Assembly: GCF_006345805.1 (NCBI RefSeq)
Contig: NC_043008.1
Coordinates: 32,426,001 to 32,490,000, forward strand
From: Octopus sinensis
Lineage: Eukaryota
Direction of reading: 5' to 3'
Length of the DNA stretch: 64,000 bases
The notes under the pieces were generated by a model, which was given only the letters and a program-made list of their open reading frames with translations, searched no databases and was not told the origin of the DNA. Position numbers and translations under genes: made by a program. Of the stretch, positions 37,916 through 52,523 are shown one piece after another (within the stretch, counting starts at the first letter, position 1; each line of letters begins with the position of its first letter).

Positions 37916-40689
37916 TACATACCCACATATGGGTCTGTGTTACCTTTTTTCTACCTTGACTTCATGTGATAGTTGTGAATGAATGTCACCATCTTGCAAG
38001 CTGTCTCCTTCATTTCTAGTCTTCTGTGAAAACATGTTTGGTCTTAAATATTATAATTTACTTGTAATCTGGTGAGGATTGGTGTCATGAAGGACATCTG
38101 GTTGTAGAAAATCTGCTTTAGCAAATTTTGTCGTACCCATTCAAAGATGGGGAGGTAGATGATGATGGTGATTTTATATATTATTTTATAAATTATGTGG
38201 CCCAGTTTTAGAAATCATGATAATTCGTTTGTTGACTTCTGTGTTTTACTTTGTTTATTTATGATCAGTTTATTGAGAGAGTAACATCAAATCTTTCATT
38301 TGTTGAATCATGAAGTGTGCAGTACATCTTTGAATCATTTGGAATATTTAAGTTTGGCAAATCCTTTAAGAGAATATTCTCCCCAACAGTTGGACACCCT
38401 AGTGGATCGATGGATGTCTGAATGTTACCTCCAAACCCTAAAAGATAATCACCTGTCAACATCTTTACAAAAGTGGTTGTGTAATTATATCAGTTACAGA
38501 TTCAAGAAAATAAAATCCTGTTGTTAATTTTGTGAAGTAAATCTCTAAAATTGATGACCTTGTGCTAATGTTCAAAATTGTTGTTAATATTGAAGAGGAT
38601 GGAGTGTTTGAGTGGAAGAGGATGGAGTTTAATGACTTACTGCATTTAGTTGTCTTTTTTTACATTCAGTGTTCAATTCTTGCCGATATCGACTTGCATT
38701 TTATCTTCCCAACAGTGATAAAATAAGTACTGTTCTAGTACTGGGAGTCAATGTAGTCAACTGTATTTCTAGAAATAATCCAGAAAAATCATTAATGTAA
38801 TGAGTAAAATGTCTGCTGGATTTATTTATAGCTTCTTATGATCTGACTTGTAGGCTTGATGATAAAAAAAAAGGTAACAGTTGTGTACTAGTTTGATTTC
38901 ATTAATTATGTTCTTTTCTCAAAATTTCTTGCTTTGTACCTAAGTTACAAATGATTATTATTATTATTGTAAAAGGCAGCGAGCTGGCAGAACTGTTAGT
39001 GCAGTGAACACAATGCTCAGCAGCATTTCTTCCAACTGTCTTCTCATTTCTAATTCCACCAAAGTTGACATTTCCTTTTATAAGTACCATTTGAGCCTAA
39101 GGTTGAAGTAGTCAGTTATCCCATCCTCTAAAATTGCTGGTCTTATGCCGAGATTCGAAGCCATTATTATTACTATCTTAGGTAGTGAACTGGCAAAATC
39201 GTTAGTGTTTCAGGCAAAATACTTGCAGAATTTCTTCTGAAGCTCTTTAGCATTCTGAGTTCAAATCCACCAAGGTCAATTTTACCTTTCATCTTTTCGG
39301 GCTCAATAAATAAAGTATGGATTTAGTAGGGGGGGGGTCATTGTAATTGACTTACCCACTCTCACTAAAATCGCTAGCCTTCTTACAAAATTTGGAAGAA
39401 TTATTATCTCCTCTCACACTGAGTTTTATCATCATCATTATTATAGATAACCTCAACTTGATGAAATAAGATGGCTTGTCTAATTAATAACAAGACTATG
39501 GAGCAGCCAATCTATAAATGGACCTCTGTGTTAGTGGTTTCACAAAACATTTTAATCTGTCCTTTAAGGGATGCCACAGTTAAATTAAATCCCCATTCCT
39601 GCATGTTAGTCAGCACTTGTTGCATGAATAGCCCAGCTTCCTTTAGATTCTTTAGGATGTTTTTATATTTTTATTTTGTTTCAATACCACCACTGCTACC
39701 ACCACACATTTTCCACTCTCACTAAACTGTCATTGACAACTGCTTTCAGCTTTATATATTACTATATTACTGTTGTTGTTGAAATATTATCATTATTATT
39801 ATTATGTTGAAATTAAAGAAATTATTGCCTCTGGACCAACTTTACCTTTTGTCTTTGCATTTGAAGCCAGCAATCAACTGTTCCTTGTCAACTGTTTATA
39901 TATTTACAGCTTCACATAAGATAAAATTAAGTTTTTGTCAAGTACTGGAGTTGGTCTAATCAACTCTACCTTCTAATACTTGTAAATTTGTTAGAAATCA
40001 CTATTAGTTCAGTTGCAAAATTTACACCTAATTTAACTTTGTCATTTATCCATTCCTGCACAGTAAAATGAAGTACCATCTTGAATTAACTTTCTCCCCA
40101 TAATTGTGGTCTTGGGCCTATGTTAAAAGTTATTGGTATGGTACAATCTGGAAAATGCCAGATTTAATTTAATGATTTATGGTGTTTTATTTTTTGTTTT
40201 ACCATTCTTATCTAAAACAGCCACAGTTTGATTTGTCATCTGTCTCAGGTTCATAAGTACTTGTTATACACTGGGGAAATGTATTAGCTGTATCTCTTCC
40301 CCACTGCCGAAAGTGATCTTGTATCAAATAAGAAAAATAAAAGGTCAGTGTTGTTGTTGGCAATGGATTGGCTGAATTATAATGTTGTTAGATAATATGC
40401 CTTATAGTATTATTGAGTTCATATCCCACCAGGTTTCTGTATAGGGTCACTAAACTGATTAAAAGTCAACTAGTAGGCTCAATTTACTACCCTTCCTCCA
40501 CAAAACAATAACTGGTACTTTGGGGCTGAATAAAATTCTGTGTTGACTGCCTTTCAACCTTGTAGGTTCATGCAATAATTAACAGGGAAATGAAGACAGT
40601 TCTTAATACCCAAAGACCATGAAGAAGAGTGGCGAGCCTTTAAGCAGTAATGTGAGCCAATCCTTGAACAACTGGCTCTAGCATACTTG

Positions 40690-40975
40690 GGTGTCGAGAC
40701 AATGACTCTTTCTTTTTTGGCCATTTCTTATCTGCCACTGTTTTTCTGGCCTTCTCAAAGTTGTAGTGATCTTAATGCAATTTTGCCACACCTCCCTCTG
40801 TACTGCAACTCCCTCACACCCTGTGGGATCTATGCCTGGGTGATCTGGAATTTCAGCTGGTCTTTCTATAGGAAGCAGGTCAAGCTGCTGTATCACTTCC
40901 ACTAAGGATACCTTCACTCCATCATGGCCATCTCGTGGAAGGAACACATCACCAACAATATAGCAAGGAAATACT
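40690..40975 (+). mobile_element. RTE-type LINE fragment
   Basis: Degenerate SWSFYRKQVKLL.HFH..LHSIMAISWKEHITN, resembling the post-RT region of RTE elements. Confidence 0.55.
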
Positions 40976-42082
40976 GAGGTTAATATAATCAACTCTATCC
41001 ACCTCTAAAATTTGTGGCTTTGGGGTACCAACATTAGAAATTATTATTGCTTCATTATTTCTGTAGTATTTTCTCTTTGTAATTTTATACAATAATTGTA
41101 AGGATGATTTGAATTTTTTTTACTTTTGTTCTTGATATTTTCACTTTTCAGTTTCCAGTATTTCCGATGCCATTAGTATTGAGAGTAATAGATTATTTGA
41201 TGATGTGTATTTTGTATTTCATATTCGCAAATACTGTTCTTGCTTGGTTTGTATTGCAGTTGAATCAACTATTTCTTTACCTCTCAGAAAAATCGCCTCT
41301 ATCCCAAGAAAGGAAAGAAGTCAATCTTTGATAAAACAATACTATATTTTTATTATTAAACTATTGACAAGGACAGTAACTGACTGAATTGCTTGGTAGT
41401 ATTTCTTCTGGCATTTTATGTTTCAAATTCCAGAGGCCGACTTCACCTTCCATTTATTTGGGGTTGATAAAATAAAGTACCAAACAAGCACTGGTGGTTG
41501 ATGCATTTGACTAACCCACCCATCCTAAAATTGTTGGCCTTGAGCTAAAATTTAAAACTGAATTCTTGTCTTTTAAGGTACCTGAATATGATCCACACTG
41601 CTAACAATAGACATTGAGTAAATAATGATAATGATAGTAGCTTATTGAGTTGCTGAGGCTTTGCTGAATATTATATCTTATGCGTAGTGATCCAATACAG
41701 GATATATAGAACTGATTTTCTCTTGATGTCTTTCTCCAAGCTTGTGGTCATAGCTGATTTAAGAAAGATGAGGTTTTAACCAAGTAAAACACTTGCTGGC
41801 ATGACCCAGTGAGGGATCTTTTATGTAGTAGCAGCAAAATCTATCTCAAACTTTACCCCACCCTTTTAAGAAAAGAACAATGGTTGTCCCTCACATAGAG
41901 AAAAAAATGAATGGATGGTCCCTGCTGGAATGCATCTGATCATTACCCTACTGGATCAGTGTGGCTAAACAATAATACTTGCCAGCAATAAAATGTATCT
42001 TTGACATTGAAGCAAACAGTCACCTGTCCCTTCCAAGCTAATTATATATTTACAGCTCCACAGAGGGGTTGATTTTTGAAAA

Positions 42083-42275
42083 TTAACCCTTCTGATGTCA
42101 ACCACACTTGAGAGAATGCCTGGTTGTGTATAAAAAACACTTCATTTTAAAGTCTTCATATTCAAATTAAAAACTTTCTCCACAATATAATTTCAGAAAA
42201 TTTTGCTATTTCTAAAATTAACTGAAATGCAAAAGCCAGGTAATTCTATTAGGAATATGGTAATGAAAGAGTTAA
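42083..42275. mobile_element. Second piggyBac-type MITE family
   Basis: Ends ttaacccttc... and ...gaaagagttaa. Confidence 0.55.
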
Positions 42276-42276
42276 G

Positions 42277-42322
<46 letters not shown>

Positions 42323-43789
42323 TTATAGTGGTGGGGAGGTATGACATGCTGCAACCTGTGATAGGCTGTTATCTTTCAGTTTTTCACAGAGACAGTTCCA
42401 GCCATCTGATGGCACCCTTGCAGCTATTACTCCTTACATAATGTGATTGGAAATAACAAAGAATAGCTTAATAGTGTGATTAATGTTACTGTCTAGCATT
42501 TTCTTTTTCATTTTATTTATTTTTACCTGTCTTCATTTTAAGTGGAAACTTTTTGTAAGTTATGTAAGATATATATTTGTACTCAAAATCTTCATATACT
42601 TAAACACATACACAAGATCACACACAGACGCACACACACATGTGCACGTGTGTGTGTGTTCACCCATCCATGAGTTACATAAGTTCAGAAAACCATTGTT
42701 TGTCTTTATATAGATGAATTTTCTGCTGAGATAAGATACTGAAAGCTAGTCTATGGCAAAAAAGTATTCTCTAAAGATTTGATTATTTATCCAAATTAGC
42801 AAGATGAACTGAAGCAAGAGAACTCCAGTGCCTTGCTTAAGAATACAATATAATACAAATTTAACAAATATAATTTTCAGTTTAAGTTCTCCACTTTCTA
42901 GTATCCTTAGCCATTTTCTCTTTTTTCTTTTATTAGTATTTATCTCCCATGTCAATTCAAGGACATCCCTAACCAAGACCATACTGGGTTTTCTTCAAGC
43001 ATAGTGCATTTTGGCTTTCATTATTCCGTGTGTCTTTTACTTTTTTAAAATAGTAGGATATTATTTAAAGGAGTCTTGGTTGTCTCATAGGTCAGGCAAC
43101 TCCATATAGATACTCTGGTTGACATTTTTTTTATGTTAGCTAGGTGAGGAGTGTCTGTGGCTATGGCATTTCTTGCAGGACTTCTCATTTTGGCAGACAG
43201 AATGAAATATGTCCAACCTGAACATCTATGAGTCAATGTATGATAGACTTACTTTTACTTGAAATCCTCTATTTCCTTTAATATTCTTTTGACTGTAATA
43301 GCAAAAGAAAAAACAAAACAAAAACATGGTTATATCTCCACCATCTTTTACTTGATTTTGTTGTTGGGCTGTGGCCATGCTGAGGCATTACCTTGGATTT
43401 AGACCAACAAATTACTCCCAGTACTTTTTTTTTCAGTCTGGTACTTATTCCCTTGTTTTCTTTTGCTGAACTGCTAGGTTACAAGGTCATAAACAAACCA
43501 ACACCTGCTAAGTGGTTGGAAAGTGGGACAAACACAACCACACACACACACACATACATACATATATACACACACACACATATATGTGACAGGCTTCATA
43601 TATATATATATGACACAGTTCCCATCTTCTGTATTCACTCACAGGCACTGGTCAGCTTGGAGCTATAGTAGAACCCAAAGTACCATGCAGTGGAACTGAA
43701 CCTGAAACTATATGGTTGCAAAACGAGTTTCTTAATCACTTACCCTTGCCTGTGCCCAAGACTTCTTTTTTATACATATGTTGTTGTTG

Positions 43790-44140
43790 TTTAGCCCCAG
43801 GCTATAAGTACTAGCCTTTCTGCCAGGAAATATAGAAGAGAAAGTAAGCAATGAGTCCACTGCTCTTTCTGATCTTTGCTACTGTGACTCCTACTGCTCA
43901 AAAGACCTTGCAGACTTCAGTTATATAAATACTGTGCTTGCTTGAAAGAAGTGAACCTCAGGTCACCCTGGAGACTTATGGCCAAAGATATTCCAGTTAC
44001 AATCATCCTGGCTTTTTTTTTTCTTTTACAAGCATAATGTATCAAGGGTTACTTTGTCCAATGTGTACTTTTTTGCAGACAGTTGAGAGTGGCTAGAGGG
44101 AGTTTGGCTGCTATTTCTTAGATGTGAAGCAAAGTATGTA
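43790..44140 (-). repeat. Fourth interspersed repeat family; related copies near 4420-4650, 10070-10290, 12090-12270, 23680-23830, 41780-41990
   Basis: Recurrent agaaatagcagccaaa motif with a shared downstream body ending ...ctaaacaacaac; class uncertain. Confidence 0.55.
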
Positions 44141-45498
44141 GAGATTCCTACGTTACCTTGTTTAGTGTTTCTCATTTAATGTAATGAATGATCTGGGCTG
44201 TTTACTGACCATTAACTTTATTTACAATGTCTTTTTTTTTTCTGTTATGTGATTTATTGCTACAATTATTTCTGATGATGATGATAATAATGATGATGTT
44301 GCCGATGACAATGATCTTAGCAGGAGTGCTTGAAGCATAAAATATAAAGTTTAATTTGCTAATGAATATTTTCTCCCAGACACACAATCTCTCTCCCCTA
44401 TCTCCCCTCTCTCTTGGAAATTTGCAGTTGTTTGTTTATTGTTTATTATTAGTTTGAATTTTTTTTTGCCTTTTGTAATGAAAGTCTGTTCAATAAGATT
44501 TGATTTTTGTGTGTACGTCTGTTTGTCTGTCTCTCTCCCTTTCTTCATAATTTTACCAAGGGATTTAAAGGGTAAACATTGTTCTTTTTATTTATGGATA
44601 AATTTTTAATATTTACAATTGAGAGAAAATGGATATTTTTAACTAATTACTTTCTCTCTCTTTCTCTCTGCTGTATGGTAGAGATAGCACCTGATTTTCA
44701 AGCCAGCCAGGCTGACTAACTGGATGGTTCAAGTGAGAGAGATTCTACTCTCAATGAGCATGACCTAATGATGACCCTGACTATGATTAAATATATGACC
44801 TTTGACATTGTATGGTCTACCTTCAATGGAAGTTGAGAGTTAACAAATGTAATTCTTGTATTTCTGTGAAGGTTTTCTTCTTGCACATTATGTAAAATAG
44901 CAAATGATAATGGTAATAACATCTCACAGCAAACCTTATATGTACATACATGCATGTATGTATGTATGTATGTAAATATATATATATATATGTGTGTGTG
45001 TATTTTCACACACACATGTATATGCATACATATATGTATACGTATGTATGTATGTTATATATACATACATACTTTCATATACGTTCTCCATGCTTGAGAA
45101 AAAGAGAAACAGAAAGTATGAAGTATCTAAATCACTACTATTTCTACAACTTAAATCTGTATAGAAAATATTTTGCTTGCATTAAACCACTTAAAGGTTT
45201 ACTTTGAATGCTGCAGTTATTTATGAAGTCAATTACGACTGAAGTTTCCAGTAAAATTCGTCCATGATTGAAACACTCAAAACTATATCAGCAGCGTCCT
45301 TTGACTATTTCATTAAAATGTATGGCTTGGTTTGCATCTCTCCAGTTCAATTATGAATCCCAATTTTCTGTGTTTTTGACAGCTCTTGAAAAACTATTTA
45401 TTATCATCAAGCCTGCCATTATCTGCTGTCTTTGTTATTACTGTTCTTAGTCAGTTAGACTTTGGCCATGCTGGAGCACCAGTTTCCAGTGTTTTAGT

Positions 45499-46152
45499 GC
45501 AATGGTTCACAAGCTTTTTTGCACTGTAGACCTGTTTTATGCGAGACAATTTTTTTCTGTGGGTCAAGGAATCATGCTCATAATGAAATGCAATAAAGTG
45601 GATATTTTTTTTCATTACTTGTTTCAGTCATTTGACTGTGGTCACGGTGGAGCACCACCTTAAGGGGTTTTAGTTGAACAAATCAACCCCAGGACACACA
45701 CACACAGTATTACCTTGGCTTTCGAACAAGTCTGATCACAAATAAATCATGCTTTATATATATAAAGCACGATTTATTCATGATCAGAGGCATTTGTAAA
45801 CCAAGGTACTATTGTATATATATGATGGGTTTCTTTTGGTTTCTCTCTACCAAATCCACTCAAGGCTTTGGTTGACCCGAGACTATAGTAGACACTTGCC
45901 CAAGGTGCCACGCAGTGGGACTGAATCTGGAACCATATGATTGGAAAGCAAGTTTTTTTACCATACAGCCATACCTGCACCTAATGTATAATTTAATTAT
46001 TACATATATATTACATAATGCATCAACACTCTGCAGACTGTGATAATCAAATGAATAGAAATAAAATTTAGAAACCTATTCTTTTTCTGTGGAGTCTAGT
46101 AGCAAATGATCCATAGCCCCAAGACTGTCTGCAACCTGGTGGTTGGTGACCC
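45499..46152. mobile_element. Old hAT-type MITE interrupted by a SINE
   Basis: Ends resemble CAGTGGTTC.CAA and GGTTGGGGACCCC; degenerate, no TSD resolved. Confidence 0.4.
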
Positions 46153-49100
46153 CAATTTTAGTAAATTTAATTTGCCCAGGTATGACAAAGATATTTTATC
46201 GACCTTGTAAGATTAAAAGAAATAAATAGCAGATTGGAAGTCTGACTTGGCATAAAGTCTTTGTAATCACTAGAGAAGATTTTGATAAAGCAGGTATTGT
46301 TGTTAGATATGCCAATTCTCTTATTCCATGCTGATATATTAATTAATATGTCAAAAATACCTGCATTATCTTAATCTTTTCAGATTGCATCTCTCTGCTC
46401 AGATCAACTTTCCATATTATTTTGCCTCACATAGTTAAAATAAATGTCTAATAGGCTAGTTCTGGGACACTACTTTTTAATGTATATAGATGTATATGTT
46501 TGTGTGTATAAATGTGAAGGCATGTGTGTGTGTGTGCATGAGTATACATTATTGCAATTACTGATCATGTTAGGAAATAGTAAAATTTACAAAATTCACA
46601 GCAGTAACAAAGCAGCAAATCTTTTCGACAGTGATATACTTAGTACTTTCACTTGTAAATTCAAATGCGTGTGTGTGTGTGTGTGTGTGTACACACATAT
46701 GTGCAGATGCATGTATACCTTGTGAGAATGTGCTCAGTAAAGGTGTAGTGTGCAGCTGTGGTAGTGCTTTGCTTGCTGCAGGAACTGGAAGAGTCAGTGC
46801 CTCACAGCAGTGTTTTCATTCTGGGTACAGGAATCCTCAACCTGAGATGATATTATGAAAGTGCTTTGGAAGAATGTGGTGGTGAGGAGGGGGTGGCCAC
46901 GTGAAGTGTGTGTGTGTGTGTGGGGGGAGGTTCTTGCAGTGATGATGCTGGTTTATATTTTGCTTTTAAGGTCTTGTTTTTTTCTCCATATCTTTGTTTT
47001 CGGTTGGTTCAAAGTGCTGATGTGTGCAATTTGGACACAGTTATGTGCTTTTTGTAGTAAGTCTAATGTATCCGTCAGTGTGTGACTGTTTCTGAGTGGG
47101 ATGGGAGTGGCTTTAAGTATGGATGTCACATTGCATGTTGGTGCATCTCTAAATTGTCTCAGTCAGTTGTATATGTGAAAGTGTGCAGGGCCAACTCAGG
47201 CAGTCATCCAGGGCACCATGTACTAGGGGGCACCAAGGAGGGCGTTACAAAGACAAGGAAATTTCCACAACCGTAAGCTTGTACACACCAAAGTTCAGCT
47301 TACTTGGGGCACCAACAACTCTAGGGCCAGCCCTGCCAACAGGAAAGTGGAAATGCCTGTTGGCTATTTCCAGCAGTTGAAGTGACTATGTGGAGCTGGT
47401 ATTGGAAACCCGTTTTGAGATGTGGGCTGCATGAGACATAACTTATCATTAGGTGGGCTGCACTACTAAAATATTTTAGGCAATTTTTTGTTAGGTATCC
47501 TATTCAGAAAATATGATGGGCTGCATAAATTCTTTTTTTTTTCCTTGCCATAAACAATAATCCATACTCACCAGTAAAGTAAACTATAGACTTGCCAAGG
47601 ATCAGAAATTCTTGGCGTTTTTTTTCTTCCTTACAAGATTTATGTCTTAAGATCTTTGTTCAAGTCTCCTTGCAGTGGACATATTGAAGACTACCTTTTT
47701 CTCCTGAGGCTGATAAAATATGTTTAAAACTTTAATTATTGCTGTGATGAGAAACGATAAAAGCAAATAAATGGTTTAATGATAGGTTTGCTGGTGAGAT
47801 AGCAATCAGTAGTTCCAAGAACGGTAATGCTGCTGTCTTGTAACTGTGTGTGTTATATGTGTGGTTTTGATTATGTCTGGTCAAACCTTGGTATTTGGTT
47901 GTTTATGATTGTTTTTTAGCCCCTGCTCAGCTCTATGCCCAGCCTCAGCAGACCAGCCATGTCCATTTTATCATTCTCATGGCATTGCTTTTCTGGTTAT
48001 AATTTGAGTGAGGTATGGATACTATTCTTAACAAGTTGACCACCCAGAGGTTCTCCCACTGAAGATTGATATGGTCACCTTTCCCAAGAGTGTTTTCTCT
48101 TATATCTATCTTGGCAGTTTGGAATTCAGAACTGTGATTCCATTTGTTTGGAGAAGTAAATATTTCTTTGCAATTGTGGTTTTGTGTGGTCTTAACTTTG
48201 TAATGATAGTAGTGAGGCTAAGAGACTGGGATACTGACCACATAGTTATGTGATCAAATCTTACACCATATTGTGCTGCCTCTAATCAAGGTTCAGTCTG
48301 CCTGGTTGATATGAGGTGCCACTTCTCTTTCATGTCTATCAGTAAGAACATCCAGTAGTAAGATATCCATTCTGCTTTTTACTTGGCACCAGCAACAGTG
48401 AAGTCACCAAGTTACTTGCAAGACTATCTCCCCTCCCCTGGTTGAGGAAGGTTTATGTCAGGAGATGAGACGTTTGAATATGAATAGAGGGATAGAAATA
48501 GGTGTCTTTCAATAGGGGAGAAATAGGGCTGCCTCAGCTGCAGAGAAAGAGAGAGAGAAGTTGGTGATGCAATATGAAAAGAATACATGAGAGCAAGGAT
48601 TCCTGCTGGAAACATTAGAATTCCTTACTCGGCGTCTCATGTTAAAGCAGAGGGCATGATGATGAAGATGATAGCAGTGGCAATTTTGTGTATGTGTTTG
48701 TGTGGAGTGAATTGATTCCAATACATTACTGGTAGTGTTTGTGTGAAAGATAAAGAAACAGTGTCTATAATAGTTATATCCTTTCTTGAAAAATTTGCTA
48801 ATGTCTTATAAATAAATGAAAAATAAGATATAATCAATTTTATGTGTTGGGTGAGGCTGTGACCCATTGATGGGTGTAAGTGTCACCATCTTCTCTGAGG
48901 TTGTTGAAGTAATTAGATATAAAAAAATACAAAATGGTTAATTCACATTAACTATTATATCTCTCCCCCACTCACAAAAACCAAAATTGCCTTGTCAAAA
49001 TCAAGTAAATTCAATTGTTATGGAAACCCTGTTTGATCTTTCTATCACACATTCCTCTCTCCTCCTCTAATTCTGTAACTATTTCCATCTCTATCACTGC

Positions 49101-52100
49101 AATATTTACGCAGCAGTTTATTTATAGATATTTCTAGTCTCCTCTACTGTTAGTTGCTAGGTGGAAGAAGAGATAATCAATCGTTCAGCTTGTTTTCTAT
49201 TCATTCTAAACTCTTTAAACTCTGGATCCATCCACAAAAGCAGTGTCTTTTGTGTCTATTTTTGGCACAAGCACACATACATGCACACTCAAATCCATAA
49301 ATTTATGGATTAGGCAAGTCCATTTGTGAGTGTAGGCAGCAGTATTGCAGGATGCACTATTATTGCAAGGTGCACAAGCATTGCAGAATGCACTAGAAAT
49401 TATCAAAATTGTTGACATACAGAGTTACTACAATCTGAAATCTTATTGTCTTTAATTAAGATGTTATTGAAAGCATTTGGCTGCTATTTTTAGCATGTCA
49501 AGCAATCCTGTAGAGGTTCCCTTATTTATTCATTCTAAAAACATTTTATGTGGCAAAGCCAGCTTTTTCAGTTTATTATTTCAGTATTAAAAACAGCACC
49601 CTACTGTGACTAAAATTCAGATTTAGATTGTGCCACATCACTGATTTCGTCTGACTAGTCATTCCTACACTACTCCTATTTCAAGGTTGGCCATCTAACA
49701 GCTGGAAGAGCGTGCATTTGTAAAAGTTTTTTTCCCCAGTACTGCCCTAACCTATTCCATTCGTGCAAACATGGACGAACGGAAATAAAAGAAAATAGCT
49801 GAAGAAAATCATTGTCCAGTCATTGCTACCTTGACAAAAAAAAAAAAGTGCAGATGTAGTTGTGTTGTAAGAAGCTTGCTTCCTATCCATGTGGTTCCTG
49901 GTTCAATCTCACTGCATGGCACCTTGGGCGAGTGTTTTCTACTATAGCTGCATATTTGAGTCAGTGTTTGTCCTACCCCCTATCTCTTGACAACTGATGT
50001 TGGTGTGTTTATATCCACGTAACTTAGTGGTTTGCAAGTATTAAAAATTATATTATACTTGTTTCAATCATTGGACTGTGTCCATGCTGGAGCACCGCCT
50101 TGAAGGGTTTTATTTGAGAAAATCAACCCCAGTACGGTTTATGTTTTATATAGTAAACCAGTACAATAAGTCTGGTACTTATTGTATTGGTTTCTTTTAC
50201 TGGACCACTGAGTTACAGGAATGTAAACAAAAATCACTACATTTTATTTTACTTTCCATTCTTTCATGACCAAAATAAGTACCAGTTGAATACTGGGCTT
50301 GATGTAATCAACTGTCCTCTCCCTTCAAAATAGCTGGCTTTGTGCCTTGTATTTGTTCTGAGTTCAAATCTCATTGCAGGCAACTTTGCCTTTCATCTTT
50401 CTGGCTTAGATAAAGTATCAATCAAGTACTTGGGTTGATGTACTCGACTGTTCCTCTTCTGCAAAATTTCTGGTCTTGTACTTATGTTAGAAACCATTAT
50501 TATTAAGGCAGCGAGTTGGCAGACTCGTTAGTATGCCAGGCAAACTGCTTTATGGCATTTCATCCGTCTTTATGTTCTGAATTCCAATCCTGCCACAGTC
50601 TACTTTGCGTTTCATCCTTTCGGGGTTGATAAAGTAAGTACCTGTTGAGCACCAGGATCAATGTAAATAACTTACTTCCTCCTCCAAACTCACTGGCCTT
50701 CTGCCTATGTTAAAAGCATCATCATTGTCATTTACTGTCTACTTTCCATGCTGGCATGGGTTAGAGAGTTTGACTGAGGACTGGTTAACCAGGAGGCTGC
50801 ACCAGGCTCTCTGGCAAGGTTTCTACAGCTGAATGCCCTTCCTGATGCCAACCACTCTGAGAGCGTAGTGGGTGCGTTTTATGTGCCTATACAAGAAAGG
50901 ATTATTATTATTATCACTTAGAATTTCCATAATTATTGTAAAAAAAAATTTTTTTAATTGCAACAGACAATATGCTGATTACCATTTTTTACTGCAAATA
51001 TTTTGTAATGGTTTAGTGATGAACTAACAAAATCAGTAGAACAATTAACAAAATTCCATGCCATATGTCCATTTATATTCTGAGTTCAAATCTCTCTGGG
51101 TTCAGCTTTATCTGTCATTAAAACAAATACTAGACAAATATCGTATAGGGCCAATGCCATTGACTGTTCCCTCCTCCCTACTCAACATGTGTAGCCTTGT
51201 ATCTAATTTGGAAATCAATATTTTTCATAGTGATTCAGAAACACTACTTGTACAGTCATGTGATTCTTCAGAATTCTTATTGGTACTTTTGCAAAAAAGA
51301 ATGTATCTTCTTGATTGAATTTTAGTTGGGAGATGAATGGTGGTGAGGAGAGAAGGATGCCATGTAATTGGATAAATAATTAAATTTCTTAAAATTTATC
51401 ATGTCGAGTTTTTATTCTTTTTTTTATAGTGAATCTTTCAAAATATCTCATGAAGGATTTCTTCCCAAATAAATACTATTCTAGATATTTTAAAAAGACT
51501 CATTAGGAAAAACTCTGAAATTTGTTATCGACTGTTGAAGTCTACTTCAGGTTATTCCTGTATGAATTGGAGAAGGAATTAAGAGTGTAATTCTTTCATT
51601 TTGCAATAATTACATGTTCAGTTATGTACCTTTATGTTCTGACTTTAGATACACTGAGATCAACCATTGCCTTTCATCCTTCTTGGTTTGATAAACTGAA
51701 ATACCAGTTAAAAAATTGATTTCTAGTTTTGTATCTAACCTAGAAATTATTCAAAAAGTTAAAAAGTATACATATAACATGTATATATGTATACATACAT
51801 ACATAGACACACACACATGTATATGTATATATATGATGATGTATGTGAATATAAATACACACATATATATGCATATTTTTTTTCTTTTCTTTTGAAATTA
51901 TAGCTATACGGTGTAGCAGATGCAAGGGTAGATTGTCTTTTTTCTATTTCTTAATAAACCTGAGCAGAATTGTAATGTGTAACTAAATTTTTTTTTTTGT
52001 TTTAATTTTTAGGTTGGATACTTTTTTTTTCCAAATTGGTTTGATGTGAAGTGTTTAACAGTTAACAGTGTATCATTTGCATGTCGATTGAGTTTATATT

Positions 52101-52484
52101 TGAACTAATTAACACCATTTTTAAAATTTAGCAGTTTTATTACTTGTTTCTCTAACTCAATAGATTTAAGTAGCTAGTTTAAGAGGTTGTGTCAGATGTT
52201 AATTAGTAACTCGGTCAGCTATCATTTAACGGATACATGGTTCAAATTCCATCAGTGGATTTGTTGTTGCCCTCTTTCTGTCTAACATGATTATTTCTGT
52301 TGTTATATTTGCCTGTGTGTGGTTTATTTATAAATGTGTATGTACCTGAGTGTTACTTGGATCAGGGTTAAATGAATACTAGAATTGCTGTTTTCTATGA
52401 TTTCATGTATATGCAACCACGTGACATGTAAAGATTTAAAAAAGATGTGGTGTGGCGTTTGAAAATTTTATATACTTACCTCAC

Positions 52485-52523
<39 letters not shown>

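Noticed and set aside
38265-38527. Overlapping +/- ORFs with natural-looking composition
   Set aside because: No motif, no convincing splice donors; could be a decayed TE.
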